From a virus (Duplodnaviria > Caudoviricetes): a stretch of DNA of 24,951 nucleotides. Location of the stretch: positions 1 to 24,951 of IMG/VR virus record IMGVR_UViG_3300010052_000209. The stretch is one strand, 5' to 3'. This document shows positions 10,576 through 19,704 of the stretch, in pieces. Numbering within the stretch: position 1 is the first letter of the stretch; each line of letters opens with the position of its first letter. Under the pieces are notes generated by a model. The model saw only the letters and a list, made by a program, of their open reading frames with translations. It was not told the origin of the DNA and did no database searches. A program made the translations under genes and the position numbers.

Positions 10576-11262
10576 ATGGCAAAACCCCTGGGAGCCATGC
10601 GCGCGGCGGCGAGCCAGCGCATCGCAGGAAACGAGCTGCAGCTGCGGGGCGCCACGGCGCCGCGAACGGGCGGCGGCGAGATGTTCCCAAATCCATTCAC
10701 GACGCCGCCGCAGGTCGATCCGCGGAGGACCTATCAACCACCATCGGCGCGAGATCGGATTGGGCCGCCGCGGAAGGGAACGCATGTGACTGTCCGCGCT
10801 TACGACATTCCCAACCTGCCTGGGCCGCAGCAGCACATGTATGTCGAGTACGATGACGGGCGCGAACAGTTGATCGCCCGCGGTGGGCCTTCGGCCGAAG
10901 GAGATACCTTTGTCCCGAGCAGCTTGGCGGGACGTTTGCGCGTCGTGGGCGGAGTTGTGCCCGCGACGCAGAGCAAGGACTACGGCAAGGGCGAGAGGGT
11001 CGTTTTTCGGGGCTTCGCGCCGGATATGTCGGCGCAGGAAGCCGCCGAACCCGCGCGGCGCAACGGCCGGGCGCTTCAGGAGCAGCCGCGACAGTATGGA
11101 ATCTGGCGGGACAATTCGAACAGTTTCGCTGCCGATGCGGTGGAGCCGCTATTCGGTATCCGGCCGGGTTCCGCGTGGCGGACTCCAGGCCACGGCAATA
11201 CGCTAACGAAAGCGCGTGGCGTGCACTCTTGGTACGTGCCGGCCAGAGAGTCGATGCGCTAG
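10576..11262 (+). CDS. Putative cargo/toxin with a permuted papain-like (NlpC/P60) fold
   Basis: AGGAGG RBS; His motif HMYVEY..RGGP and Y....NSNSFA resemble permuted papain-like enzymes with Ser at the Cys position; N-terminal leader similar to ORF 12754. Confidence 0.55.
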   Translation: MAKPLGAMRAAASQRIAGNELQLRGATAPRTGGGEMFPNPFTTPPQVDPRRTYQPPSARDRIGPPRKGTHVTVRAYDIPNLPGPQQHMYVEYDDGREQLIARGGPSAEGDTFVPSSLAGRLRVVGGVVPATQSKDYGKGERVVFRGFAPDMSAQEAAEPARRNGRALQEQPRQYGIWRDNSNSFAADAVEPLFGIRPGSAWRTPGHGNTLTKARGVHSWYVPARESMR

Positions 11263-11621
11263 CCCGCTCTGGGCGGTTGATTGAGCGCCCGCGCCAGCAG
11301 CAGGTAGAACCCCAGCAGTGGGATGCCGATCAGAAACACCATGAACGGCAACAGGAACATGAGGCCCATCGCGGCGATGTCCGAGGACTGCATCTCCCGA
11401 TTCACCACCCAACCCAGATAGATGGGCCACGCGAGCGGAGCGAGGATGATCGCCAGGTGCAGCGGCAGCGGGCCACGCGCCCGTAGCGCGGTGATCATCC
11501 ACCAGACCGACGCCAAGACGGAGGCCGAAAGGGTGGCAAGAGCCATGGCGTGGTCACCCAGCGCCACCGTCAGGCCCACGGCGGCGATATAGGACAGTCC
11601 CGGAAGCAGATAGATGCGCAT
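11259..11621 (-). CDS. Hypothetical 4-TM membrane protein (candidate immunity)
   Basis: Very hydrophobic 120 aa; convergent with ORF 10576, sharing a CTAG stop overlap. Confidence 0.7.
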   Translation of the reverse strand: MRIYLLPGLSYIAAVGLTVALGDHAMALATLSASVLASVWWMITALRARGPLPLHLAIILAPLAWPIYLGWVVNREMQSSDIAAMGLMFLLPFMVFLIGIPLLGFYLLLARALNQPPRAG

Positions 11622-11634
11622 CGCGGCTCGGTGT

Positions 11635-11649
11635 GTTCTGAATTTGTTC
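11635..11649. promoter_or_regulatory. LexA (SOS) box
   Basis: GTTCtgaatttGTTC, 13 bp upstream of the 11621 start codon and about 300 bp upstream of the scaffold gene. Confidence 0.7.
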
Positions 11650-11944
11650 CTAGCGTAGTCACCTAGCTCGCCAGCCGCAAGTCGGCAGAGCCGCGACTAC
11701 GGAAAGGGCGAGCGTCTACTGTACAGTGGCTTCCTGCCCGACGTCTCGGCCCAGCGCCTGACGAGGCGTCGGAGCCTTGAGCCGCGCCTCCGCTTCTGAT
11801 TTCGGCCCAGAGCGATCGAGGGCAGCCCGCACAAGGCGTGGGCCGAAGCCATCGTCGATGCGGCTTCACCCTCCTTTCCGACGTCGCGGACGCGGCCGTT
11901 CGAAGATCACGAGCGCCTTCAAGCGCACAAACCAAGGGAACATC

Positions 11945-12754
11945 ATGCAATACGAAGAGCCCGAGCTGATGGGCGACGACGCCGTGCGCGCCGAGCACGA
12001 AGGCCTGTTCGAGGCTGACGACGTGCTGGACGCGCCGGATACGTTCGAGGTCGAGCTCGATGGCGAGGTCCATACCCTGCCGATCGCGCTGAAGGGCGCG
12101 ATCCTGCGGCACGCGGACTATACGCGGAAGACCCAGGATCTGGCCGACCAGCGACGCGCGTTCGACGTCGAGCGCCAGGCCCTTGCCGACGATCGCCGAT
12201 CGGTTCGCGGCGCATCGGCCGATCGCGGCGTGCTGGCCGCGCTGGATCACCAGCTCGAGGCCTTCGCGGAGATCGATTGGCGCGTGCTGGGGCAGGAAGA
12301 TGCAGAGCGCGCCCGTGACCTGTGGGCCAGCTTCCAGGAGACCCAGGCGCTGCGGGACCAGTTCGCCTATGCGCTGGCCCACCATGAGAACCGCGAGGAA
12401 TTGCGCGCCGCCCGTGAGGCGGCCGAGGAGATGGCCGCGGCCGGCGCGCAGCTTCGCGAAGAGATCGACGGCTGGTCGCCGGAAGTGGCGGCCAAGCTGA
12501 TCGACTACGGCCAGGCTTTCGGGGTGACGCTGGAGGAGTTTGCCCAGATGGCCGATCCGCGCCTCTGGAAGCTGCTGCACCGGGCTTGGCGCGCCGACCA
12601 GGCCGAGCAGGGCGACGCCGACGCGCAGGCCGCCACTGTCCGCCCGGCCGTCACGGTTGGCGGCGGTGGTGGGACCACGGCGGGCATGCGCGACGAACTG
12701 GGGACGCGCGAGTGGATGCGCCGTCGCAACGCCCAGATGGCTGGAGGCCGCTGA
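11945..12754 (+). CDS. Capsid scaffolding protein
   Basis: Acidic, helical; VELDGE...L..ADYTRKTQDLA motif typical of podovirus scaffolds; between portal and coat. Confidence 0.8.
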   Translation: MQYEEPELMGDDAVRAEHEGLFEADDVLDAPDTFEVELDGEVHTLPIALKGAILRHADYTRKTQDLADQRRAFDVERQALADDRRSVRGASADRGVLAALDHQLEAFAEIDWRVLGQEDAERARDLWASFQETQALRDQFAYALAHHENREELRAAREAAEEMAAAGAQLREEIDGWSPEVAAKLIDYGQAFGVTLEEFAQMADPRLWKLLHRAWRADQAEQGDADAQAATVRPAVTVGGGGGTTAGMRDELGTREWMRRRNAQMAGGR

Positions 12755-13320
12755 TGGCGGGGCAGGGAAATCCGGCTCTCGGGCGCCTCACCCAGGCGGC
12801 CAATCGTGTGGTGGCCGACAACGCCAAGGCGTTTCGCCAACTCACCGGCGAGGGCCTGTCGCTGGAGGAGCGCGCCAAGCGCCCCTGGGACTTTCCGGCC
12901 AAGGAGGCGGTGACGCGTCGTATCGCGCAGGAGGAACTGGACCGCGCAGGGGGCGGCCACAACGACATCCGCGACGCGATGCGGCATGCTCAGTGGTCGC
13001 AGCGGACGGCGCAGGCCGTCGGGCCGCTGTATGCGGAGGTTGCTGGGATAGCGCACGAGGCGAAGAACCTCGCCGACAGCATCGCCAGCCACGGTACGCA
13101 CGGTCCCTACGACACAGTCGGACGCAATCCCATGCCGACGCCGGGCGAGACGATGAGCGAGAGCCTGATGGATCTGCGTAACAACGCCGAGGGACGACGG
13201 GCCGCGCGGGAAGGGCGGCCGATCGACATGCAGCGATTGCAGACGGCTCCAAAGCAGACCGTCATGGGCGCGCTTGTCTATCAGCCCCGGTCGGGGCTGA
13301 CGTTCTCGGCCCGCCGCTAG
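12754..13320 (+). CDS. Putative toxin with a DUF6973/Wnt-like (lipocone-type) domain
   Basis: Motifs HNDIRDAMRHAQWS, AHE, ESLMDLRNNAEGR (compare Wnt MNLHNNEAGR); TGATG-coupled to the scaffold gene. Confidence 0.65.
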   Translation: MAGQGNPALGRLTQAANRVVADNAKAFRQLTGEGLSLEERAKRPWDFPAKEAVTRRIAQEELDRAGGGHNDIRDAMRHAQWSQRTAQAVGPLYAEVAGIAHEAKNLADSIASHGTHGPYDTVGRNPMPTPGETMSESLMDLRNNAEGRRAAREGRPIDMQRLQTAPKQTVMGALVYQPRSGLTFSARR

Positions 13321-13406
13321 GGCGCGGGCGGCCCCGGGTAGTGGTTGGCGTCTTGCCAAGTTCACTCTCTGTTCGCATACTCAAGGTTGTTGAAGGGGAG
13401 TGGGCT

Positions 13407-13856
13407 TTGGCGTCGAGTATCGGAGACACGGGCAGCGGCGTGCCGCGCCGAGGGTTTCTGTCGCGAGCTCTGCGGTTCGCGGCCGGGCTGCTGGTCGGCG
13501 CGGCGTTCTTGCCTGGACTGTTCCTGCTCGATCTGGGAGCTGCATATGCGCTCTCGTCGACGCTATTGAGCGGACCGCGTGGCGACTCTGAGATGCGAGG
13601 CGCCGATGTCTCCGCGGCGGGCGGTGTGCGGCTGGATTTCAGCAACAAGACCCAAGCCTTGCACGTGGTGTGTCGTGATACCTGCGACGACCTAACGGTC
13701 AACGGCAACGCCAGCGGAGAAGTCGAGGTCCGTGACGTCAAGGGACGCCGGATCGTGGGGCGTGAACGCACACAGTTCCCGTCGCAATTGCTGCGCGCGA
13801 AGGCGTGGCTGATCGAGGGGCGGCCGTTGACGATCCGCGAGGGGGGATGGTCGTGA
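13407..13856 (+). CDS. Membrane-anchored protein with CxxxCDDL motif (candidate immunity 1)
   Basis: N-terminal TM and CRDTCDDL; TTG start after GGGGAG. Confidence 0.6.
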   Translation: MASSIGDTGSGVPRRGFLSRALRFAAGLLVGAAFLPGLFLLDLGAAYALSSTLLSGPRGDSEMRGADVSAAGGVRLDFSNKTQALHVVCRDTCDDLTVNGNASGEVEVRDVKGRRIVGRERTQFPSQLLRAKAWLIEGRPLTIREGGWS

Positions 13857-14326
13857 AGTTCACCGCCTTCCGAGCTGGTCTTCTGACCGGCCTGATGATG
13901 GTCCTCGGCCTCGCGGGGATAATCTGGTGGTCGAGCCACGGGCAGCCGACCGCGCCTTACGCCTTTGAAGGGACAGTCGTCGGCGCAGACGTCGGTCGTC
14001 ATGGCGGCCGTCAGGTCGAGGTGACAGACCGGGGCTATGCGATAGTGCGGCAGAGCTGCAACGGTGCATGTGACGACCTTTCGTACAGGCGTTCCGCCGG
14101 CGACAGCGTTGTCGCTGTCCGCGTCCTCGACGCGAACGGGAGCTGTATTGTCTGCAGTGAGGGCATTTACGTGACGGGGGGCATGCCTTCCGCGAGCAGC
14201 ATCCGCGTGGGCGGCGCCGACAAGCTGGAGGCGCGCAGCGGTTCCGTGGCGCGACAGCCTGATGGCTCCATGCGGGTCCAAGGCGAGGAAACGGTGCTCG
14301 GCCCCGCGCCAGGCCCGAAGCCCTGA
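13847..14326 (+). CDS. Membrane-anchored protein with CxxxCDDL motif (candidate immunity 2)
   Basis: N-terminal TM and CNGACDDL; overlaps the upstream stop. Confidence 0.65.
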   Translation: MVVKFTAFRAGLLTGLMMVLGLAGIIWWSSHGQPTAPYAFEGTVVGADVGRHGGRQVEVTDRGYAIVRQSCNGACDDLSYRRSAGDSVVAVRVLDANGSCIVCSEGIYVTGGMPSASSIRVGGADKLEARSGSVARQPDGSMRVQGEETVLGPAPGPKP

Positions 14327-14617
14327 TCGAACGGCTTTAGTCCTCGGGGGCAACCCGAAGCGAGGCTGCATTGGCCTCGACGACGACATTGCAGCGGACT
14401 CTGCGCCTGCAGACGACCCGCTGCCCGATGATCTGACTGATCCCGCGGCCTGCATGTCAGGCCGCGCCCGCCGCCCGTGGTCTCCGGCGTGTCCGGAGGA
14501 CCCCGCGGGCGGGACCTACCTCTTCCGCCGCCGCCCGTAGAGGCGAGACGCCCGAGCACGCGCCGCGGCGCCTGGGGCGCCCGTGCGGCTTTCAAACCCA
14601 GATCTCAAAGGACAGAC

Positions 14618-15808
14618 ATGGCCAATACCATCCTGACCGCCACCGCGGTGACGCGGGAGGCGCTGCGCGTACTGCACCAGAAGCTGAACTTCGTGGGCAC
14701 GATCACGCGCGACTATGACGAACGCTTCGCCCAGCAGGGCGCCAAGATCGGCGACACCCTGAAGATCCGCCTGCCGAACCAGTACACGGTGCGCACCGGC
14801 GCCGCGCTGGACGCCAAGGACCTGGCTGAAAGCTCGGTCGACCTGAAGGTGGAGAAGCAGAAGGGCGTCGACCTGAACTTCACCTCCACCGACCTGACCC
14901 TCAGCCTGGACGACTTCTCGGAGCGGGTGATCGAGCCGGCCATGAGCGTGCTGGCGGCCAGCATCGAGGCTGACGCCATGAGCATGTACAAGGACGTCTG
15001 GAGCCAGGTGAGCGGCACGACGAACTTCGCCAAGGTGCTGCAGGCGCGCAAGGTGCTGGTCGACAATCTGGCGCCGCTGAACGCCCGGACCTGCAATCTG
15101 AACACCCAGGACAACGTCGACATGGTCAACGACCTGAAGACGCTGTTCAACGACAAGAGCACGGTCAGCCGCCAAAACCGCGAAGGCTATATGGGCCGCA
15201 CCGCCGGCTTCGACTTCATGGAGAACACGCTGTGGCCGGCGCATACGCGTGGCGCGGCGAACGGCAGCTATACGACCAACACGACGGTAGGCACGCTGCC
15301 GCTGCTGGGCCCCGCAGTGTCGCAGATCACGGTCGCCTCCGGCACGGGGGCGATGAACAAGGGTGACGTCTTCACGATCGCCAACGTCTTCCGGGTTCAC
15401 CCCGAAACCAAGCAGTCGACGGGTATCCTGCAGCAGTTCGTCGTCGCCGCCGACTATGTGGGCGGCGCGGGCCAGGTGTCGATCGCACCGGCGATCGTGC
15501 TGTCGGGCGCCGCGCAGAACGTGGTCATCCCGACCACGTCGAGCACCGCGTCGCTCGTGTTCCACGGCACGGCGAGCGCCGCCTATGGCCTGTCGATGGC
15601 CTATCAGAAGGGCGCGTTTGCCTTTGCGACCGCCGACCTGATGCTGCCGCGCGGCGTCGACTTCGCCAGCCGTGAGGTGTTTGACGGTGTGTCGATGCGT
15701 GTCGTGCGCCAGTACGACATCAACGCCGACAAGTTCCCGTGCCGGCTGGACGTGCTGTACGGGTTCAAGACGATCCGTCCGCAGCTGGCCTGCCGCCTGG
15801 CGAGCTAG
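14618..15808 (+). CDS. Major capsid protein (P22 coat gp5 family)
   Basis: MANTILT...ITRDYDERF...AKIGDTLKIRLP, LSLDDFSERVIEP, AFAFATADL, RLDVLYG; AAGGA RBS. Confidence 0.93.
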   Translation: MANTILTATAVTREALRVLHQKLNFVGTITRDYDERFAQQGAKIGDTLKIRLPNQYTVRTGAALDAKDLAESSVDLKVEKQKGVDLNFTSTDLTLSLDDFSERVIEPAMSVLAASIEADAMSMYKDVWSQVSGTTNFAKVLQARKVLVDNLAPLNARTCNLNTQDNVDMVNDLKTLFNDKSTVSRQNREGYMGRTAGFDFMENTLWPAHTRGAANGSYTTNTTVGTLPLLGPAVSQITVASGTGAMNKGDVFTIANVFRVHPETKQSTGILQQFVVAADYVGGAGQVSIAPAIVLSGAAQNVVIPTTSSTASLVFHGTASAAYGLSMAYQKGAFAFATADLMLPRGVDFASREVFDGVSMRVVRQYDINADKFPCRLDVLYGFKTIRPQLACRLAS

Positions 15809-15815
15809 CGCACCT

Positions 15816-15850
15816 GGGGAGGCGGCGGCGGCGGCCGTCGCCTCTTCCTC
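15816..15850 (+). terminator. GC-rich hairpin after the capsid gene (possible attenuator or stability element)
   Basis: ggggaggcggcggc...gccgtcgcctcttc imperfect stem; no U-tract. Confidence 0.3.
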
Positions 15851-15918
15851 GCGACGCCGCGGAGCGCGCGCGGACGGCCGCCGTCGCCGGACGGCTCAAC
15901 CTCTTCCGGAATTTCATC

Positions 15919-16545
15919 ATGGCGATCACGACCTACGCGCAGCTGCAGGCTGCCGCGGCGAACTGGCTCGTGCGTGCGGACCTGACGGCGCGCATCCCTG
16001 AATTCATCACCCTCGCTGAAGCGCGGCTGAACCGCGTGCTGCGGACGCGCCTGGCCGAGACGGAGGTCGCGCTCACCGCGACCATCGGCGGCCGCTCGAT
16101 CCCCTTGCCGATGGGCTTCACGGAGCCTCTAAGGCTCTGGATCGAGCGGAACGGCGAACGGGTGGAACTTCCGTTCATCGAGACCACGCTGATGGGCGCA
16201 TCCTCGTTGCGGGGCGAACCGCAGGCCTGGACCGTCGATGGCGCGTCGCTGCGTTTCGATCGGCCTTGCGATGAAGCCTATGGCGTCGTGCTGCGGATGC
16301 TGACGGCGTTCGCGCTGTCGGACGCCGTCCCGACCAATGGACTGCTGACCCAGGCGCCCGATGTCTACCTGTTTGCGACCCTCAGCGAGGCTGGACCCTT
16401 CCTGCGCGATGCCGACCTGGCCGGCGTCTACGAGGGCAAGCTGACCCGCGCCATTGAGGAACTGAACGGCAAGGACGCCCGCAGCCGCGCGCCGCGCACG
16501 CTGGGCACCGAGCTGGCCGAACTGATGCTGGAGTGCCGATCGTGA
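15919..16545 (+). CDS. Head-tail adaptor / tail tubular protein A-like
   Basis: MAITTYAQLQAAAANWLVRADLTARIPEFITLAEARLNR...TNGLLTQAPDVYLFATL, typical of podovirus adaptors following the coat gene. Confidence 0.78.
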   Translation: MAITTYAQLQAAAANWLVRADLTARIPEFITLAEARLNRVLRTRLAETEVALTATIGGRSIPLPMGFTEPLRLWIERNGERVELPFIETTLMGASSLRGEPQAWTVDGASLRFDRPCDEAYGVVLRMLTAFALSDAVPTNGLLTQAPDVYLFATLSEAGPFLRDADLAGVYEGKLTRAIEELNGKDARSRAPRTLGTELAELMLECRS

Positions 16546-16790
16546 GCCTCGCGCCCATTGGACCAGGCGCACCCGAGGGCTTGCGCGGCGTTCTGAAGTC
16601 CTTCCACGACGCGCTGGCGGGCGTGATCGCGCCTGGCGCGCCGACGCCGCTGTTCGCGGTTGCCGCCGCGCGGTTGCCGCCTGCGGCGAGCCATCCCCAG
16701 ACCCTGGTGCTCGTCACCGACCTCAACATCCTCGCCCATTCGGACGGGGCCCATTGGATCCGCCAAGACACGGGAGCCGTGATCGTCTGA
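16533..16790 (+). CDS. Hypothetical virion protein
   Basis: 85 aa with SDGAHW motif, coupled overlaps on both sides. Confidence 0.65.
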   Translation: MPIVSLAPIGPGAPEGLRGVLKSFHDALAGVIAPGAPTPLFAVAAARLPPAASHPQTLVLVTDLNILAHSDGAHWIRQDTGAVIV

Positions 16791-17380
16791 TGCCTTCATC
16801 CTGGACGCCATCGCTGCGCTTCGAGCAGCAGTTCACCGGCGAGAACATCAACACCTGGGGCGACCGGCTGAACTCGGTGCTGGGCCGCGCCGACTATGCC
16901 GTCGCCGGCTGGCTGACGAAGCCGCTGACCGGCCACGTCGCCCTGACGTCGGCCAACGACGCGGACGACGAGGCGCGGGCCGCGACGCTGAAGTTCACTG
17001 GTGGGGCAGGGCCGTTCACCGTCACGCTGCCGGCGGTGAGCAAGACCTATCTGGTCTGGAACGCGTGCGCCGGGCCGGTGACGCTGACCACCGGCGCAGG
17101 GCCGTCGCTCACGATCGACCCGGGCGACATCGTCTGGGCCGCCTCGGATGGCGCGGCGGTGACCACGCCGGGCTACGGCGGCGCCTCGATCAAGGACTGG
17201 GTGTCGAGCGTGGCGTGGTCCTACAACGCCGGCGCCCTGCCGGCCCAGACCGGCAATGCCGGCAAATTCGTTCGCACCGACGGCGTCAACGCGAGCTGGC
17301 AAGCCCTCTCGACCGCCGACCTCACCGACTACGCGACTGCCGTGAAGGGCCTCGCCCTGGCGTTCGCCGTCGCCCTCTAG
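16790..17380 (+). CDS. Putative tail fiber anchor / virion protein
   Basis: QFTGENINTWGDRLN and LPAQTGNAGKFVRTDG motifs typical of tail-fiber-related proteins; TGATG coupling. Confidence 0.7.
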   Translation: MPSSWTPSLRFEQQFTGENINTWGDRLNSVLGRADYAVAGWLTKPLTGHVALTSANDADDEARAATLKFTGGAGPFTVTLPAVSKTYLVWNACAGPVTLTTGAGPSLTIDPGDIVWAASDGAAVTTPGYGGASIKDWVSSVAWSYNAGALPAQTGNAGKFVRTDGVNASWQALSTADLTDYATAVKGLALAFAVAL

Positions 17381-17391
17381 GAGATCCCCGA

Positions 17392-17802
17392 ATGCCCGTC
17401 ACCCCGAACAGCATCGTCACGCCGCAGACGCCGAAATCGGCGGTGGCGAGTGCCGCCATCGCACAGGCGACGTTCCCGCCTACCACGACGCCAGCCAATA
17501 CGGTGCTACTGGTCACCGCCGGCGCCAACGGCGGTCGACTGACCCGCTTGCAGGGTTGCCCGCAGGAAACCACCACCGCCAACAACCTACAACTCTACCG
17601 CTCGCTCGATAGCGGTACGAGCAAGCACTACGTGAACGGTGTCGCCCTCACTGCGACCGTAGGGGCGACCGCGCCCGGGGGTGTCGCCGACTTCGGATAC
17701 TCGGACGACAACCCCCTGATCTTAAATGCAAACGAGCGGCTGTATGTCGCAGTCGGCATAGCGAAGTCGGTGACCTTTGTTGCCGAATGGGCGGACTACT
17801 GA
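17392..17802 (+). CDS. Hypothetical beta-rich tail-associated protein
   Basis: AGGAG RBS; LLVTAGANGGRL...PLILNANERLYVA...EWADY. Confidence 0.7.
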   Translation: MPVTPNSIVTPQTPKSAVASAAIAQATFPPTTTPANTVLLVTAGANGGRLTRLQGCPQETTTANNLQLYRSLDSGTSKHYVNGVALTATVGATAPGGVADFGYSDDNPLILNANERLYVAVGIAKSVTFVAEWADY

Positions 17803-18551
17803 TGGGCGGGCGGCTGCGCGGCTTGGTTGCGCAGGCGATGGATGGACGAAAGCGCATCGTCAGAAATCGTGTCGTCTACGCCCAAGCGTACACTAGCGGT
17901 GCCGGATCGACGCCGGCGCAAGCCGTCACCGTGCTTGCCTCCACCTATCTCGTGGGGGCTGGCGCGAACGGGGGCGGCGCCGGCGCCGGCGCCGGCGCGG
18001 ACGGCGGCGGCGGCGGCGGGGCGGCATACCAAGAGTTCATCCTCGCGCCCGGACAAGTGATCAACTACGTCATCGGGGTCGGAGCGCCGGGCTCAGTGCA
18101 GAACCCTGGAGTCGGCGGCGACACCGTTGTGACAGGCCCTACCGGTAGGACAGTTCGCGCTCAGGGAGGCCAAGGGCGTATCGGCGGTCGTGGGAGTGGC
18201 GGCAAGTTCAACTACAAGGGCGGCGACGGAGGTACCTTTGCGGGAATTGGTGTGGGTGCGGGCGGCGCCCCCGGGGCCGCAGAAGGAGGAGATGGCCTGA
18301 ATGGCGGGGGCGGGAGTTCCGTTTCCGGCGGTGGCGGCGGGGGTGGTGCCAACCCGGGAGTCCCATTGGGCACTTTGACAGCCTTTGCGCCCTCCTTCGG
18401 CCGACAAGGAACTGGCAGCGGCACTGTCTTTCCGGCCGCGCCCTACGGGGGAGGTGGTGGAGCGTCCAGTGACGGAGCTGGTGGTGCCAACAAGGGCGGT
18501 GCGGGTGCGGATGGTGTCGTCGTCGTTGTGATGATCGATGTAGATAGGTGA
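17802..18551 (+). CDS. Glycine-rich tail fiber-associated protein
   Basis: VGAGANGGG...GGGGG, GAGADGVVVV glycine-rich domain; TGATG coupling. Confidence 0.75.
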   Translation: MGGRLRGLVAQAMDGRKRIVRNRVVYAQAYTSGAGSTPAQAVTVLASTYLVGAGANGGGAGAGAGADGGGGGGAAYQEFILAPGQVINYVIGVGAPGSVQNPGVGGDTVVTGPTGRTVRAQGGQGRIGGRGSGGKFNYKGGDGGTFAGIGVGAGGAPGAAEGGDGLNGGGGSSVSGGGGGGGANPGVPLGTLTAFAPSFGRQGTGSGTVFPAAPYGGGGGASSDGAGGANKGGAGADGVVVVVMIDVDR

Positions 18552-18916
18552 TCGAAGCGGAACAGTCGTTTGGAACGGCAATAGATAGACTTGGCCCCGC
18601 CCACGCCCCATCGCCAATCTGCGGTCTTCGGCAAGATGACATATGCTCGCTTGCCCATTGCGTCTGCCAAAAGCGCGATTGAAGTGTCGGCGGAGACTAC
18701 TGCGTCAAGATTTTCTATGCTTTAGTGAGCGTTTTCGAAATCCAACGCGCCCGTATCTTTTGGGCGCTGGCTCATGCCCAATGCGCATAGCCTTTTCGCA
18801 AGATCATCTGGCAAGCGAAATCCATTCCGATCGCTGCCAGAAGGCATGATCCCGATTCCGCTGCGAGAGTATGAACCAGAAAGTTGGGATTTAGAGGGTA
18901 GTTCTGCCGTCAACAT
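18552..18916 (-). pseudogene. Remnant of a (TPR-)glycosyltransferase family 9-like gene
   Basis: Single reading frame ...GIGIMPSG...PKDTGALDFENAH*SIENLDAVVSADTSIALLADAMGKRAYVILPKTADWRWG...RLFRF matches the GT9-type C-terminus (DLVISVDT.VAHLAGALGKP...DWRW...RLFRQ); in-frame TAA at 18722-18724. Confidence 0.7.
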
Positions 18917-19345
18917 TCGAAAAAATACAATAAATAATTATTTATATAATAGATCTATTGATGTTTATAAATATAATTATATTGATTAAATCTCATAATT
19001 TATGAAAGGTCGATATGGGGGCGGGGGTGATTTCAATTCCATTTGGTGAAATATATTTGTATATGGCGAGCGAATTGAATTTGATATCCGAACCTTTGCT
19101 CGGTTAGTACAATCAATTGTCCTATTTTTTATCTACCCGTTCCGGGGATTAAAAATTTTGGCTGCAGAGGTCCGCCCGGGATTTTGCGTCGAAACTCGTA
19201 ATATTTCCATCCTTTAAAGAATTTCTATATATTTAATAGAACGATGCAAATGCATGTTATAGCTTTACAATATCAGATGATATTCAAATGTGCGCCGAAG
19301 AAGTTATTCAATTTGCTGCATGTCACCATCGGCGACTAGAATAAT
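18915..19345. other. AT-rich island without a long ORF
   Basis: Runs such as aaaaatacaataaataattatttatataat within otherwise very GC-rich DNA. Confidence 0.8.
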
Positions 19346-19704
19346 TGCGCGTTCGCCGTAGTCTTTGGGCTACATCCACCTAGCCTAACACCGTACTAGC
19401 GTTTTAGGCCACATCTTGTGGCTAGGTTCGGGCCCCCCCGATGGCGCGGATCGCGCGTCTATTTACTTCTAGACGCACTCCTGCCGCAGTCAGCTTTCCG
19501 GCGACAAGGCCCGGACCGTCAGGCGCCCACACAGCCGGTACGTTCGCCACTGGACCTCGTTCCGCGAGCTCTGCCGGCTGCCGCTGAAGCGACGGCACGA
19601 CGCTGACATGCCTGGGATCCGGGCAGACTCCAACTCCACCTCGTGACTTTGCACGCGCCGTCGCATCGGCGGGTGGTCATTTCGCACATTCAAAGAGAGG
19701 CCAG

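Noticed and set aside
17970-18022. GGC/GGCGCC tandem repeats
   Set aside because: Explained by Gly/Ala codons of the glycine-rich protein.
18774-18989. Short plus-strand ORFs in the AT-rich island
   Set aside because: No RBS or motifs; they overlap the minus-strand GT9-like remnant.
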